From: Eledone cirrhosa
Taxonomy: Eukaryota
Reading direction: 5' to 3'
DNA: 64,000 nt
Assembly (NCBI GenBank): GCA_964016885.1
Contig: OZ024750.1
Coordinates: 32,736,001 to 32,800,000 of the forward strand
In this document: positions 35,501-47,500 of the stretch, in pieces
Position numbering within the stretch: the stretch's first letter is position 1
Layout: each line of letters begins with the position of its first letter
The notes under the pieces: generated by a model
Told to the model about the DNA's origin: nothing
The model's database searches: none
Seen by the model: only the letters and a program-made list of their open reading frames with translations
Made by a program: the position numbers and the translations under genes

Positions 35501-38500
35501 GATAGGTGTGTTAGGATATAAGAGGGGAGGGTGAGGTGTAAGGAGTTATGATAGGTGTGTTGGGATTTAAGAGAGGAGGGAGAGGTGTAAGGAGTTATGT
35601 TAGGTGTGTTAGGATTTAAGAGGGGAGGGAGAGGTGTAAGGAGTTATGATAGGTGTGTTGGGATTTAAGAGGGGAGGGTGAGAAGGTGTAAGGAGTTATG
35701 ATAGGTGTGTTAGGATTTAAGAGGGGAGGGAGAGAAGGTGTAAGGAGTTGTGTTAGGTGTGTTGGGATTTAAGAGGGGAGGGTGAGAAGGTGTAAGGAGT
35801 TATGATAGGTGTGTTGGGATTTAAGAGGGGAGGGTGAGAAGGGGTAAGGAGTTATGATAGGTGTGTTGGGATTTAAGAGGGGAGGGAGAGGTGTAAGGAA
35901 TTATGACAGGTGTGTTAGGATTTAAGAGGGGAGGGAGAGGTGTAAGGAGTTATGATAGGTGTGTTAGGATTTAAGAGGGGAGGGAGAGGTGTAAGGAGTT
36001 ATGATAGGTGTGTTAGGATTTAAGAGGGGAGGGAGAGGTGTAAGGAGTTATGATAGGTGTGTTAGGATTTAAGAGGGGAGGGAGAGGTGTAAGGAGTTAT
36101 GATAGGTGTGTTGGGATTTAAGAGGGGAGGGAGAGGTGTAAGGAGTTATGATAGGTGTGTTGGGATTTAAGAGGGGGGGAGAGGTGTAAGGAGTTATGAT
36201 AGGTGTGTTAGGATTTAAGAGGGGAGGGAGAGGTGTAAGGAGTTATGATAGGTGTGTTAGGATTTAAGAGGGGAGGGAGAGGTGTAAGGAGTTATGATAG
36301 GTGTGTTAGGATTTAAGAGGGGAGGGAGAGGTGTAAGGAGTTATGATAGGTGTGTTGGGATTTAAGAGAGGAGGGAGAGGTGTAAGGAGTTATGTTAGGT
36401 GTGTTGGGATTTAAGAGGGGAGGGAGAGGTGTAATGAGTTATGATAGGTGTGTTGGGATTTAAGAGAGGAGGGAGAGCTGTAAGGAGTAATGTTAGGTGT
36501 GTTGGGATTCAAGAGAGGAGGGAGAGGTGTAAGGAGTTATGTTAGGTGTGTTGGGATCTAAGAGGGGAGGGAGAGGTGTAATGAGTTATGATAGGTGTGT
36601 TGGGATTTAAGAGGGGAGGTTGAGAAGGTGTAAGGAGATATGATAGGTGTGTTGGGATTTAAGAGGGGAGGGAGAGGTGTAAGGAGTTATGTTAGGTGTG
36701 TTGGGATTTAAGAGGGGAGGGAGAGGTGTAAGGAATTATGATAGGTGTGTTGGGATTTAAGAGGGGAGGGAGAGGTGTAAGGAGTTATGATAGGTGTGTT
36801 AGGATTTAAGAGGGGAGGGTGAGAAGGTGTAAGGAGTTATGATAGGTGTGTTAGGATTTAAGAGGGGAGGGAGAGGTGTAAGGAGTTATGATAGGTGTGT
36901 TAGGATTTAAGAGGGGAGGGAGAGAAGGTGTAAGGAGTTATGATAGGTGTGTTGGGATTTAAGAGGGGAGGGTGAGAAGGTGTAAGGAGTTATGATAGGT
37001 GTGTTAGGATTTAAGAGGGGAGGGTGAGGTGTAAGGAGTTATGATAGGTGTGTTGGGATTTAAGAGAGGAGGGAGAGGTATAAGGAGTTATGTTAGGTGT
37101 GTTAGGATTTAAGAGGGGAGGGAGAGGTGTAAGGAGTTATGATAGGTGTGTTGGGATTTAAGAGGGGAGGGTGAGAAGGTGTAAGGAGTTATGATAGGTG
37201 TGTTAGGATTTAAGAGGGGAGGGTGAGAAGGTGTAAGGAGTTATGATAGGTATGTTAGGATGTAAGAGGGGAGGGTGAGAAGGTGTAAGGAGTTATGATA
37301 GGTGTGTTAGGATTTAAGAGGGGAGGGTGTGAAGATGTAAGGAGTTATGATAGGTGTGTTGGGATTTAAGAGGGGAGGGTGAGAAGGTGTAAGGAGTTAT
37401 GATAGGTGTGTTGGGATTTAAGAGGGGAGGGAGAGAAGGTGTAAGGAGTTATGATAGGTGTGTTAGGATTTAAGAGGGGAGGGAGAGGTGTAAGGAGTTA
37501 TGATAGGTGTGTTGGGATTTAAGAGGGGAGGGAGAGGTGTAAGGAGTTATGATAGGTGTGTTGGGATTTAAGAGAGGAGGGAGAGGTGTAAGGAGTTATG
37601 TTAGGTGTGTTGGGATTTAAGAGAGGAGGGAGAGGTGTAAGGAGTTATGTTAGGTGTGTTGGGATCTAAGAGGGGAGGGAGAGGTGTAATGAGTTATGAT
37701 AGGTGTGTTGGGATTTAAGAGGGGAGGTTGAGAAGGTGTAAGGAGTTATGATAGGTGTGTTGGGATTTAAGAGGGGAGGGAGAGGTGTAAGGAGTTATGT
37801 TAGGTGTGTTGGGATTTAAGAGGGGAGGGAGAGGTGTAAGGAATTATGATAGGTGTGTTGGGATTTAAGAGGGGAGGGAGAGGTGTAAGGAGTTATGATA
37901 GGTGTGTTAGGATTTAAGAGGGGAGGGTGAGAAGGTGTAAGGAGTTATGATAGGTGTGTTAGGATTTAAGAGGGGAGGGAGAGGTGTAAGGAGTTATGAT
38001 AGGTGTGTTAGGATTTAAGAGGGGAGGGAGAGAAGGTGTAAGGAGTTATGATAGGTGTGTTGGGATTTAAGAGGGGAGGGTGAGAAGGTGTAAGGAGTTA
38101 TGATAGGTGTGTTAGGATTTAAGAGGGGAGGGTGAGAAGGTGTAAGGAGTTATGATAGGTGTGTTGGGATTTAAGAGAGGAGGGAGAGGTATAAGGAGTT
38201 ATGTTAGGTGTGTTAGGATTTAAGAGGGGAGGGAGAGGTGTAAGGAGTTATGATAGGTGTGTTGGGATTTAAGAGGGGAGGGTGAGAAGGTGTAAGGAGT
38301 TATGATAGGTGTGTTAGGATTTAAGAGGGGAGGGTGAGAAGGTGTAAGGAGTTATGATAGGTATGTTGGGATTTAAGAGGGGAGGGTGAGAAGGTGTAAG
38401 GTGTTATGATAGGTATGTTAGGATTTAAGAGGGGAGGGTGAGAAGGTGTAAGGAGTTATGATAGGTATGTTGGGATTTAAGAGGGGAGGGTGAGAAGGTG

Positions 38501-41500
38501 TAAGTTGTTATGATAGGTGTGTTAGGATTTAAGAAGGGAGGGTGTGAAGATGTAAGGAGTTATGATAGGTGTGTTGGGATTTAAGAGGGGAGGGTGAGAA
38601 GGTGTAAGGAGTTATGATAGGTGTGTTGGGATTTAAGAGGGGAGGGAGAGAAGATGTAAGTAGTTATGATAGGTGTGTTGGGATTTAAGAGAGGAGGGAG
38701 AGAAGATGTAAGGAGTTATGATAGGTGTGTTGGGATTTAAGAGGGGACGGTAAGAAGGTGTAAGGAGTTATGATAGGTGTGTTAGGATTTAAGAGGGGAG
38801 GGTGAGAAGGTGTAAGGAGTTGTGATAGGTGTGTTGGGATTTAAGAGGGGAGGGAGAGAAGGTGTAAGGAGTTATGATAGGTGTGTTGGGATTTAAGAGG
38901 GGAGGGAGCGAAGGTGTAAGGAGTTATGATAGGTGTGTTAGGATTTAAGAGGGGAGGGAGAGAAGGTGTAAGGAGTTGTGATAGGTGTGTTGGGATTTAA
39001 GAGGGGAGGGAGAGAAGGTGTAAGGAGTTATGATAGGTGTGTTGGGATTTAAGAGGGGACGGTAAGAAGGTGTAAGGAGTTATGATAGGTGTGTTAGGAT
39101 TTAAGAGGGGAGGGTGAGGTTTAAGGAGTTATGATAGGTGTGTTGGGATTTAAGAGAGGAGGGAGAGGTGTAAGGAGTTATGTTAGGTGTGTTAAGATTT
39201 AAGAGGGGAGGGAGAGGTGTAAGGAGTTATGATAGGTGTGTTGGGATTTAAGAGGGGAGGGTGAGAAGGTGCAAGGAGTTGTGATAGGTGTGTTGGGATT
39301 TAAGAGGGGAGGGAGAGAAGGTGTAAGGAGTTATGATAGGTGTGTTGGGATTTAAGAGGGGAGGGAGAGAAGGTGTAAGGAGTTATGATAGGTGTGTTGG
39401 GATTTAAGAGGGGAGGGAGAGAAGGTGTAAGGAGTTATGATAGGTGTGTTGGGATTTAAGAGGGGAGGGAGCGAAGGTGTAAGGGGCTATGATAGGTGTG
39501 TTAGGATTTAAGAGGGGAGGGAGAGAAGGTGTAAGGAGTTATGATAGGTGTGTTAGGATTTAAGAGGGGAGGGAGAGAAGCTGTAAGGAGTTATGATAGG
39601 TGTGTTGGGATTTAAGAGGGGAGGGAGAGAAGGTGTAAAGGAGTTATGATAGGTGTGTTGGGATTTAAGAGGGGAGGGAGAGGTGTAAGGAGTTATGATA
39701 GATGTGTTAGGATTTAAGAGGGGAGGGAGAGAAGGTGTAAGGAGTTATGATAGGTGTGTTGGGATTTAAGAGGGGAGGGTGAGAAGGTGTAAGAAGTTAT
39801 GATAGGTGTGTTAGGATTTGAGAGGGGAGGGAGAGAAGGTGTAAGGAGTTATGATACGTGTGTTGGGATTTAAGAGGGGAGGGTGAGAAGGTGTAAGATG
39901 TTATGATAGGTGTGTTAGGATTTAAGAGGGGAGGGAGAGAAGGTGTAAGGAGTTATGATAGGTGTGTTAGGATTTAAGAGGGGAGAGGTGTAAGGAGTTA
40001 TGATAGGTGTGTTAGGATTTAAGAGGGGAGGGAGAGAAGGTGTAAGGAGTTATGATAGGTGTGTTGGGATTTAAGAGGGGAGGGTGAGAACGTGTAAGGA
40101 GTTATGATAGGTGTGTTAGGATATAAGAGGGGAGGGTGAGGTGTAAGGAGTTATGATAGGTGTGTTGGGATTTAAGAGAGGAGGGAGAGGTGTAAGGAGT
40201 TACGTTAGGTGTGTTAGGATTTAAGAGGGGAGGGAGAGGTGTAAGGAGTTATGATAGGTGTGTTGGGATTTAAGAGGGGTGGGTGAGAAGGTGTAAGGAG
40301 TTATGATAGGTGTGTTAGGATTTAAGAGGGGAGGGAGAGAAGGTGTAAGGAGTTGTGTTAGGTGTGTTGGGATTTAAGAGGGGAGGGTGAGAAGGTGTAA
40401 GGCGTTATGATAGGTGTGTTGGGATTTAAGAGGGGAGGGAGAGGTGTAAGGAGTTATGATAGGTGTGTTGGGATTCAAGAGGGGAGGGAGAGGTGTAAGG
40501 AGTTATGATAGGTGTGTTAGGATTTAAGAGGGGAGGGAGAGAAGGTGTAAGGAGTTATGATAGGTGTGTTAGGATTTAAGAGGGGAGTGTGAGAAGGTGT
40601 AAGGAGTTATGATAGGTGTGTTAGGATTTAAGAGGGGAGGGTGAGAAGGTGTAAGGAGTTATGATAGGTTTGTTGGGATTTAAGAGGGGAGGGAGAGGTG
40701 TAAGGAGTTATGATAGGTGTGTTGGGATTTAAGAGGGGAGGGTGAGAAGGTGTAAGGAGTTATGATAGGTTTGTTGGGATTTAAGAGGGGAGGGAGAGGT
40801 GTAAGGAGTTATGATAGGTGTGTTGGGATTTAAGAGGGGAGGGAGAGGTGTAAAGAGTTATGATAGGTGTGTTGGGATTTAAGAGAGGAGGGAGAGGTGT
40901 AAGGAGTTATGTTAGGTGTGTTGGGATTTAAGAGGGGAGGGAGAGGTGTAAGGAGTTATGATATGTGTGTTGGGATTTAAGAGAGGAGGGAGAGGTGTAA
41001 GGAGTTATGTTAGGTGTGTTGGGATTTAAGAGAGGAGGGAGAGGTGTAAGGAGTTATGTTAGGTGTGTTGGGATTTAAGAGGGGAGGGAGAGGTGTAAGG
41101 AGTTATGTTAGGTGTGTTGGGATTTAAGAGGGGAGGGAGAGGTGTAAGGAGTTATGTTAGGTGTGTTGGGATTTAAGAGGGGAGGGAGAGGTGTAAGGAG
41201 TTATGTTAGGTGTGTTGGGATTTAAGAGGGGAGGGTCAGAAGGTGTAAGGAGTTATGATAGGTGTGTTAGGATTTAAGAGGGGAGGGAGAGAAGGTGTAA
41301 GGAGTTGTGTTAGGTGTGTTGGGATTTAAGAGGGGAGGGTGAGAAGGTGTAAGGAGTTATGATAGGTGTGTTGGGATTTAAGAGGGGAGGGAGAGAAGAT
41401 GTAAGGAGTTACGATAGGTGTGTTGGGATTTGAGAGAGGAGGGTGAGAAGGTGTAAGGAGTTATGATAGGTGTGTTAGGAAATAAGAGGGGAGGGAGAGA

Positions 41501-44500
41501 AGGTGTAAGGAGTTACGATAGGTGTGTTAGGATTTAAGAGGGGAGGGAAAGGTGTAAGGAGTTATGATAGGTGTGTTAGGATTTAAGAGGGGAGGGTGAG
41601 AATGTGTAAGGAGTTATGATAGGTGTGTTAGAATTTAAGAGGGGAGGGAGAGAAGGTGTAAGGAATTGTGTTAGGTGTGTTGGGATTTAAGAGGGGTGGG
41701 TGAGAAGGTGTAAGGAGTTATGATAGGTGTGTTGGGATTTAAGAGGGGAGGGTGAGAAGGTGTAAGGAGTTATGATAGGTGTGTTAGAATTTAAGAGGGG
41801 AGGGAGAGAAATTGTAAGGAATTGTGTTAGGTGTGTTGGCATTTAAGAGGGGTGGGTGAGAAGGTGTAAGGAGTTATGATAGGTGTGTTGGGATTTAAGA
41901 GGGGAGGGAGAGGTGTAAGGAGTTATGATAGGTGTGTTGGGATTTAAGAGGGGAGGGAGAGGTGTAAGGAGTTATGATAGGTGTGTTAGGATTTAAGAGG
42001 GGAGGGAGAGAAGGTGTAAGGAGTTATTATAGATGTGTTATGATTTAAGAGGGGAGGGTGAGAAGCTGTAAGGAGTTATGATAGGTGTGTTGGGATTTAA
42101 GAGGGGAGGGAGAGGTGTAAGGAGTTATGTTAGGTGTGTTGGGATTTAAGAGGGAAGGGAGAGGTGTAAGGAGTTATGATAGGTGTGTTGGGATTTAAGA
42201 GGGGGAGGGAGAGGTGTAAGGAGTTATGATATGTGTGTTGGGATTTAAGAGAGGAGGGAGAGGTGTAAGGAGTTATGTTAGTTGTGTCGGGATTTAAGAG
42301 GGTAGGGAGAGGTGTAAGGAGTTATGATAGGTGTGTTGGGATTTAAGAGAGGAGGGAGAGGTGTAAGGAGTTATGTTAGGTGTGTTGGGATTTAAGAGAG
42401 GAGGGAGAGGTGTAAGGAGTTATGATAGGTGTGTTGGGATTTAAGAGGGGAGGGTGAGAAGGTGTAAGGAGTTATGATAGGTGTGTTTGGATTTAAGAGG
42501 GGAGGGAGAGAAGGTGTAAGGAGTTGTGTTAGGTGTGTTGGGATTTAAGAGGGGAGGGTGAGGAGGTGTAAGGAGTTATGATAGGTGTGTTGGGATTTAA
42601 GAGGGGAGGGAGAGAAGGTGTAAGGAGTTATGATAGGTGTGTTGGGATTTAAGAGAGGAGGGTGAGAATGTGTAAGGAGTTATGATAGGTGTGTTAGGAT
42701 TTAAGAGGGGAGGGAGAGAAGGTGTAAGGAGTTATGATAGGTGTGTTAGGATTTAAGAGGGGAGGGAAAGGTGTAAGGAGTTATGATAGGTATGTTAGGA
42801 TTTAAGAGGGGAGGGAGAGGTGTAAGGAGTTATGATAGGTGTGTTAGGATTTAAGAGGGGAGGGAGAGAAGGTGTAAGGAGTTATGATAGGTGTGTTAGG
42901 ATTTAAGAGGGGAGGGTGAGGTGTAAGGAGTTATGATAGGTGTGTTGGGATTTAAGAGAGGAGGGAGAGGTGTAAGGAGTTATGTTAGGTGTGTTAGGAT
43001 TTAAGAGGGGAGGGAGAGGTGTAAGGAGTTATGATAGGTGAGTTGGGATTTAAGAGAGGAGGGAGAGGTGTAAGGAGTTATGTTAGGTGTGTTAGGATTT
43101 AAGAGGGGAGGGAGAGGTGTAAGGAGTTATGATAGGTGTGTTGGGATTTAAGAGGGGAGGGTGAGAAGGTGTAAGGAGTTATGATAGGTGTGTTAGGATT
43201 TAAGTGGGGAGGGAGAGAAGGTGTAAGGAGTTGTGTTAGGTGTGTTGGGATTTAAGAGGGGTGGGTGAGAAGGTGTAAGGAGTTATGATAGGTGTGTTGG
43301 GATTTAAGAGGGGAGGGAGAGGTGTAATGAGTTATGATAGGTGTGTTAGGATTTAAGAGGGGAGGGAGAGAAGGTGTAAGGAGTTATGATAGTTGTGTTA
43401 GGATTTAATAGGGGAGGGTGAGAAGGTGTAAGGAGTTATGATAGGTGTGTTGGGATTTAAGAGGGGAGGGTGAGAAGGTGTAAGGAGTTATGATAGGTGT
43501 GTTGGGATTTAAGAGGGGAGGGAGAGGTGTAAGGAGTTATGACAGGTGTGTTAGGATTTAAGAGGGGAGGGAGAGGTGTAAGGAGTTATGATAGGTGTGT
43601 TGGGATTTAAGAGGGGAGGTTGAGAAGGTGTAAGGAGTTATGATAGGTGTGTTGGGATTTAAGAGGGGAGGGAGAGGTGTAAGGAGTTATGTTAGGTGTG
43701 TTGGGATTTAAGAGGGGAGGGAGAGGTGTAAGGAGTTATGATAGGTGTGTTAGGATTTAAGAGGGGAGGGAGAGAAGGTGTAAGGAGTTATGATAGGTGT
43801 GTTAGGATTTAAGAGGGGAGGGAGAGGTGTAAGGAGTTATGATAGGTGTGTTGGGATTTAAGAGAGGAGGGAGAGGTGTAAGGAGTTATGTTAGGTGTGT
43901 TGGGATTTAAGAGAGGAGGGAGAGGTGTAACGAGTTATGTTAGGTGTGTTGGGATTTAAGAGGGGAGGGAGAGGTGTAAGGAGTATGTTAGGTGTGTTGG
44001 GGATTTAAGAGGGGAGGGAGAGGTGTAAGGAGTTATGATAGGTGTGTTAGGATTTAAGAGGGGAGGGTGAGAAGGTGTAAGGAGTTATGATAGGTATGTT
44101 GGGATTTAAGAGGGGAGGGTGAGAAGGTGTAAGGAGTTATGATAGGTGTGTTAGGATTTAAGAGGGGAGGGTGAGGTGTAAGGAGTTATGATAGGTGTGT
44201 TGGGATTTAAGAGAGGAGGGAGAGGTGTAAGGAGTTATGTTAGGTGTGTTAGGATTTAAGAGGGGAGGTTGAGAAGGTGTAAGGAGTTATGATAGGTGTG
44301 TTGGGATTTAAGAGGGGAGGGAGAGGTGTAAGGAGTTATGTTAGGTGTGTTGGGATTTAAGAGGGGAGGGAGAGGTGTAAGGAGTTATGATAGGTGTGTT
44401 AGGATTTAAGAGGGGAGGGAGAGAAGGTGTAAGGAGTTATGATAGGTGTGTTGGGATTTAAGAGGGGAGGGTGAGAAGGTGTAAGAAGTTATGATAGGTG

Positions 44501-47500
44501 TGTTAGGATTTAAGAGGGGAGGGAGAGAAGGTGTAAGGAGTTATGATAGGTGTGTTGGGATTTAAGAGGGGAGGGTGAGAAGGTGTAAGAAGTTATGATA
44601 GGTGTGTTAGGATTTAAGAGGGGAGGGAGAGAAGGTGTAAGGAGTTATGATAGGTGTGTTAGGATTTAAGAGGGGAGGGAGAGGTGTAAGGAGTTATGAT
44701 AGGTGTGTTAGGATTTAAGAGGGGAGGGAGAGAAGGTGTAAGGAGTTATGATAGGTGTGTTGGGATTTAAGAGGGGAGGGTGAGAACGTGTAAGGAGTTA
44801 TGATAGGTGTGTTAGGATATAAGAGGGGAGGGTGAGGTGTAAGGAGTTATGATAGGTGTGTGTGGGATTTAAGAGAGGAGGGAGAGGTGTAAGGAGTTAC
44901 GTTAGGTGTGTTAGGATTTAAGAGGGGAGGGAGAGGTGTAAGGAGTTATGATAGGTGTGTTGGGATTTAAGAGGGGGGGGGTGAGAAGGTGTAAGGAGTT
45001 ATGATAGGTGTGTTGGGATTTAAGAGGGGAGGGAGAGGTGTAAGGAGTTATGATATGTGTGTTGGGATTTAAGAGAGGAGGGAGAGGTGTAAGGAGTTAT
45101 GTTAGGTGTGTTGGGATTTAAGAGAGGAGGGAGAGGCGTAAGGAGTTATGTTAGGTGTGTTGGGATTTAAGAGGGGAGGGAGAGGTGTAAGGAGTTATGT
45201 TAGGTGTGTTGGGATTTAAGAGGGGAGGGAGAGGTGTAAGGAGTTATGTTAGGTGTGTTGGGATTTAAGAGGGGAGGGAGAGGTGTAAGGAGTTATGATA
45301 GGTGTGTTGGGATTTAAGAGGGGAGGGTCAGAAGGTGTAAGGAGTTATGATAGGTGTGTTAGGATTTAAGAGGGGAGGGAGAGAAGGTGTAAGGAGTTGT
45401 GTTAGGTGTGTTGGGATTTAAGAGGGGAGGGTGAGAAGGTCTAAGGAGTTATGATAGGTGTGTTGGGATTTAAGAGGGGAGGGAAAGGTGTAAGGAGTTA
45501 TGATAGGTATGTTAGGATTTAAGAGGGGAGGGAGAGGTGTAAGGAGTTATGATAGGTGTGTTAGGATTTAAGAGGGGAGGGTGAGAAGGTGTAAGGAGTT
45601 ATGATAGGTATGTTGGGATTTAAGAGGGGAGGGTGAGAAGGTGTAAGGAGTTATGATAGGTGTGTTAGGATTTAAGAGGGGAGGGTGAGGTGTAAGGAGT
45701 TATGATAGGTGTGTTGGGATTTAAGAGAGGAGGGAGAGGTGTAAGGAGTTATGTTAGGTGTGTTAGGATTTAAGAGGGGAGGGAGAGGTGTAAGGAGTTA
45801 TGATAGGTGTGTTGGGATTTAAGAGAGGAGGGAGAGGTGTAAGGAGTTATGTTAGGTGTGTTAGGATTTAAGAGCGGAGGGAGAGGTGTAAGGAGTTATG
45901 ATAGGTGTGTTGGGATTTAAGAGAGGAGGGAGAGGTGTAAGGAGTTATGTTAGGTGTGTTAGGATTTAAGAGGGGAGGGAGAGGTGTAAGGAGTTATGAT
46001 AGGTGTGTTGGGATTTAAGACTGGAGGGTGAGAAGGTGTAAGGAGTTATGATAGGTGTGTTAGGATTTAAGTGGGGAGGGAGAGAAGGTGTAAGGAGTTG
46101 TGTTAGGTGTGTTGGGATTTAAGAGGGGTGGGTGAGAAGGTGTAAGGAGTTATGATAGGTGTGTTGGGATTTAAGAGGGGAGGGAGAGGTTTAAGGGGTT
46201 ATGATAGGTGTGTTGGGATTTAAGAGGGGAGGGAGAGGTGTAATGAGTTATGATAGGTGTGTTAGGATTGAAGAGGGGAGGGAGAGAAGGTGTAAGGAGT
46301 TATGATAGTTGTGTTAGGATTTAAGAGGGGAGGGTGAGAAGGTGTAAGGAGTTATGATAGGTGTGTTGGGATTTAAGAGGGGAGGGTGAGAAGGTGTAAG
46401 GAGTTATGATAGGTGTGTTGGGATTTAAGAGGGGAGGGAGAGGTGTAAGGTATTAAGACAGGTGTGTTAGGATTTAAGAGGGGAGGGAGAGGTGTAAGGA
46501 GTTATGATAGGTGTGTTGGGATTTAAGAGGGGAGGTTGAGAAGGTGTAAGGAGTTATGATAGGTGTGTTGGGATTTAAGAGGGGAGGGAGAGGTGTAAGG
46601 AGTTATGTTAGGTGTGTTGGGATTTAAGAGGGGAGGGAGAGGTGTAAGGAGTTATGATAGATGTGTTGGGATTTAAGAGGGGAGGGAGAGGTGTAAGGAG
46701 TTATGATAGGTGTGTTAGGATTTAAGAGGGGAGGGTGAGAAGGTGTAAGGAGTTATGATAGGTGTGTTGGGATTTAAGAGGGGAGGGAGAGGTGTAAGGA
46801 GTTATGTTAGGTGTGTTGGGATTTAAGAGGGGAGGGAGAGGTGTAAGGAGTTACGTTAGGTGTGTTGGGATTTAAGAGGGGGGGAGAGGTGTAAGGAGTT
46901 ATGTTAGGTGTGTTGGGATTTAAGAGGGGGGGGAGGTGTAAGGAGTTATGATAGGTGTGTTAGGATTTAAGAGGGGAGGGAGAGGTGTAAGGAGTTATGA
47001 TAGGTGTGTTAGGATTTAAGAAGGGAGGGAGAGGTGTAAGGAGTTATGATAGGTGTGTTGGGATTTAAGAGGGGTGGGAGAGGTGTAAGGAGTTATGATA
47101 GGTGTGTTGGGATTTAAGAGAGGAGGGAGAGGTGTAAGGAGTTATGTTAGGTGTGTTGGGATTTAAGAGAGGAGGGAGAGGTGTAAGGAGTTATGTCAGG
47201 TGTGTTGGGATTTAAGAGGGGAGGGAGAGGTGTAAGGAGTTACGTTAGGTGTGTTGGGATTTAAGAGGGGAGGGAGAGGTGTAAGGAGTTATGATAGGTG
47301 TGTTGGGATTTAAGAGGGGAGGGAGAGGTGTAAGGAGTTATGTTAGGTTTGTTGGGATTTAAGAGGGGAGGGAGAGGTGTAAGGAGTTATGATAGTTCTG
47401 TTAGGATTTAAGAGGGGAGAGAGAGTTGTAAGGAGTTATGATAGGTGTGTTGGGATTTAAGAGGGGAGGGAGAGAAGATGTAAGGAGTTATGATAGGTTT

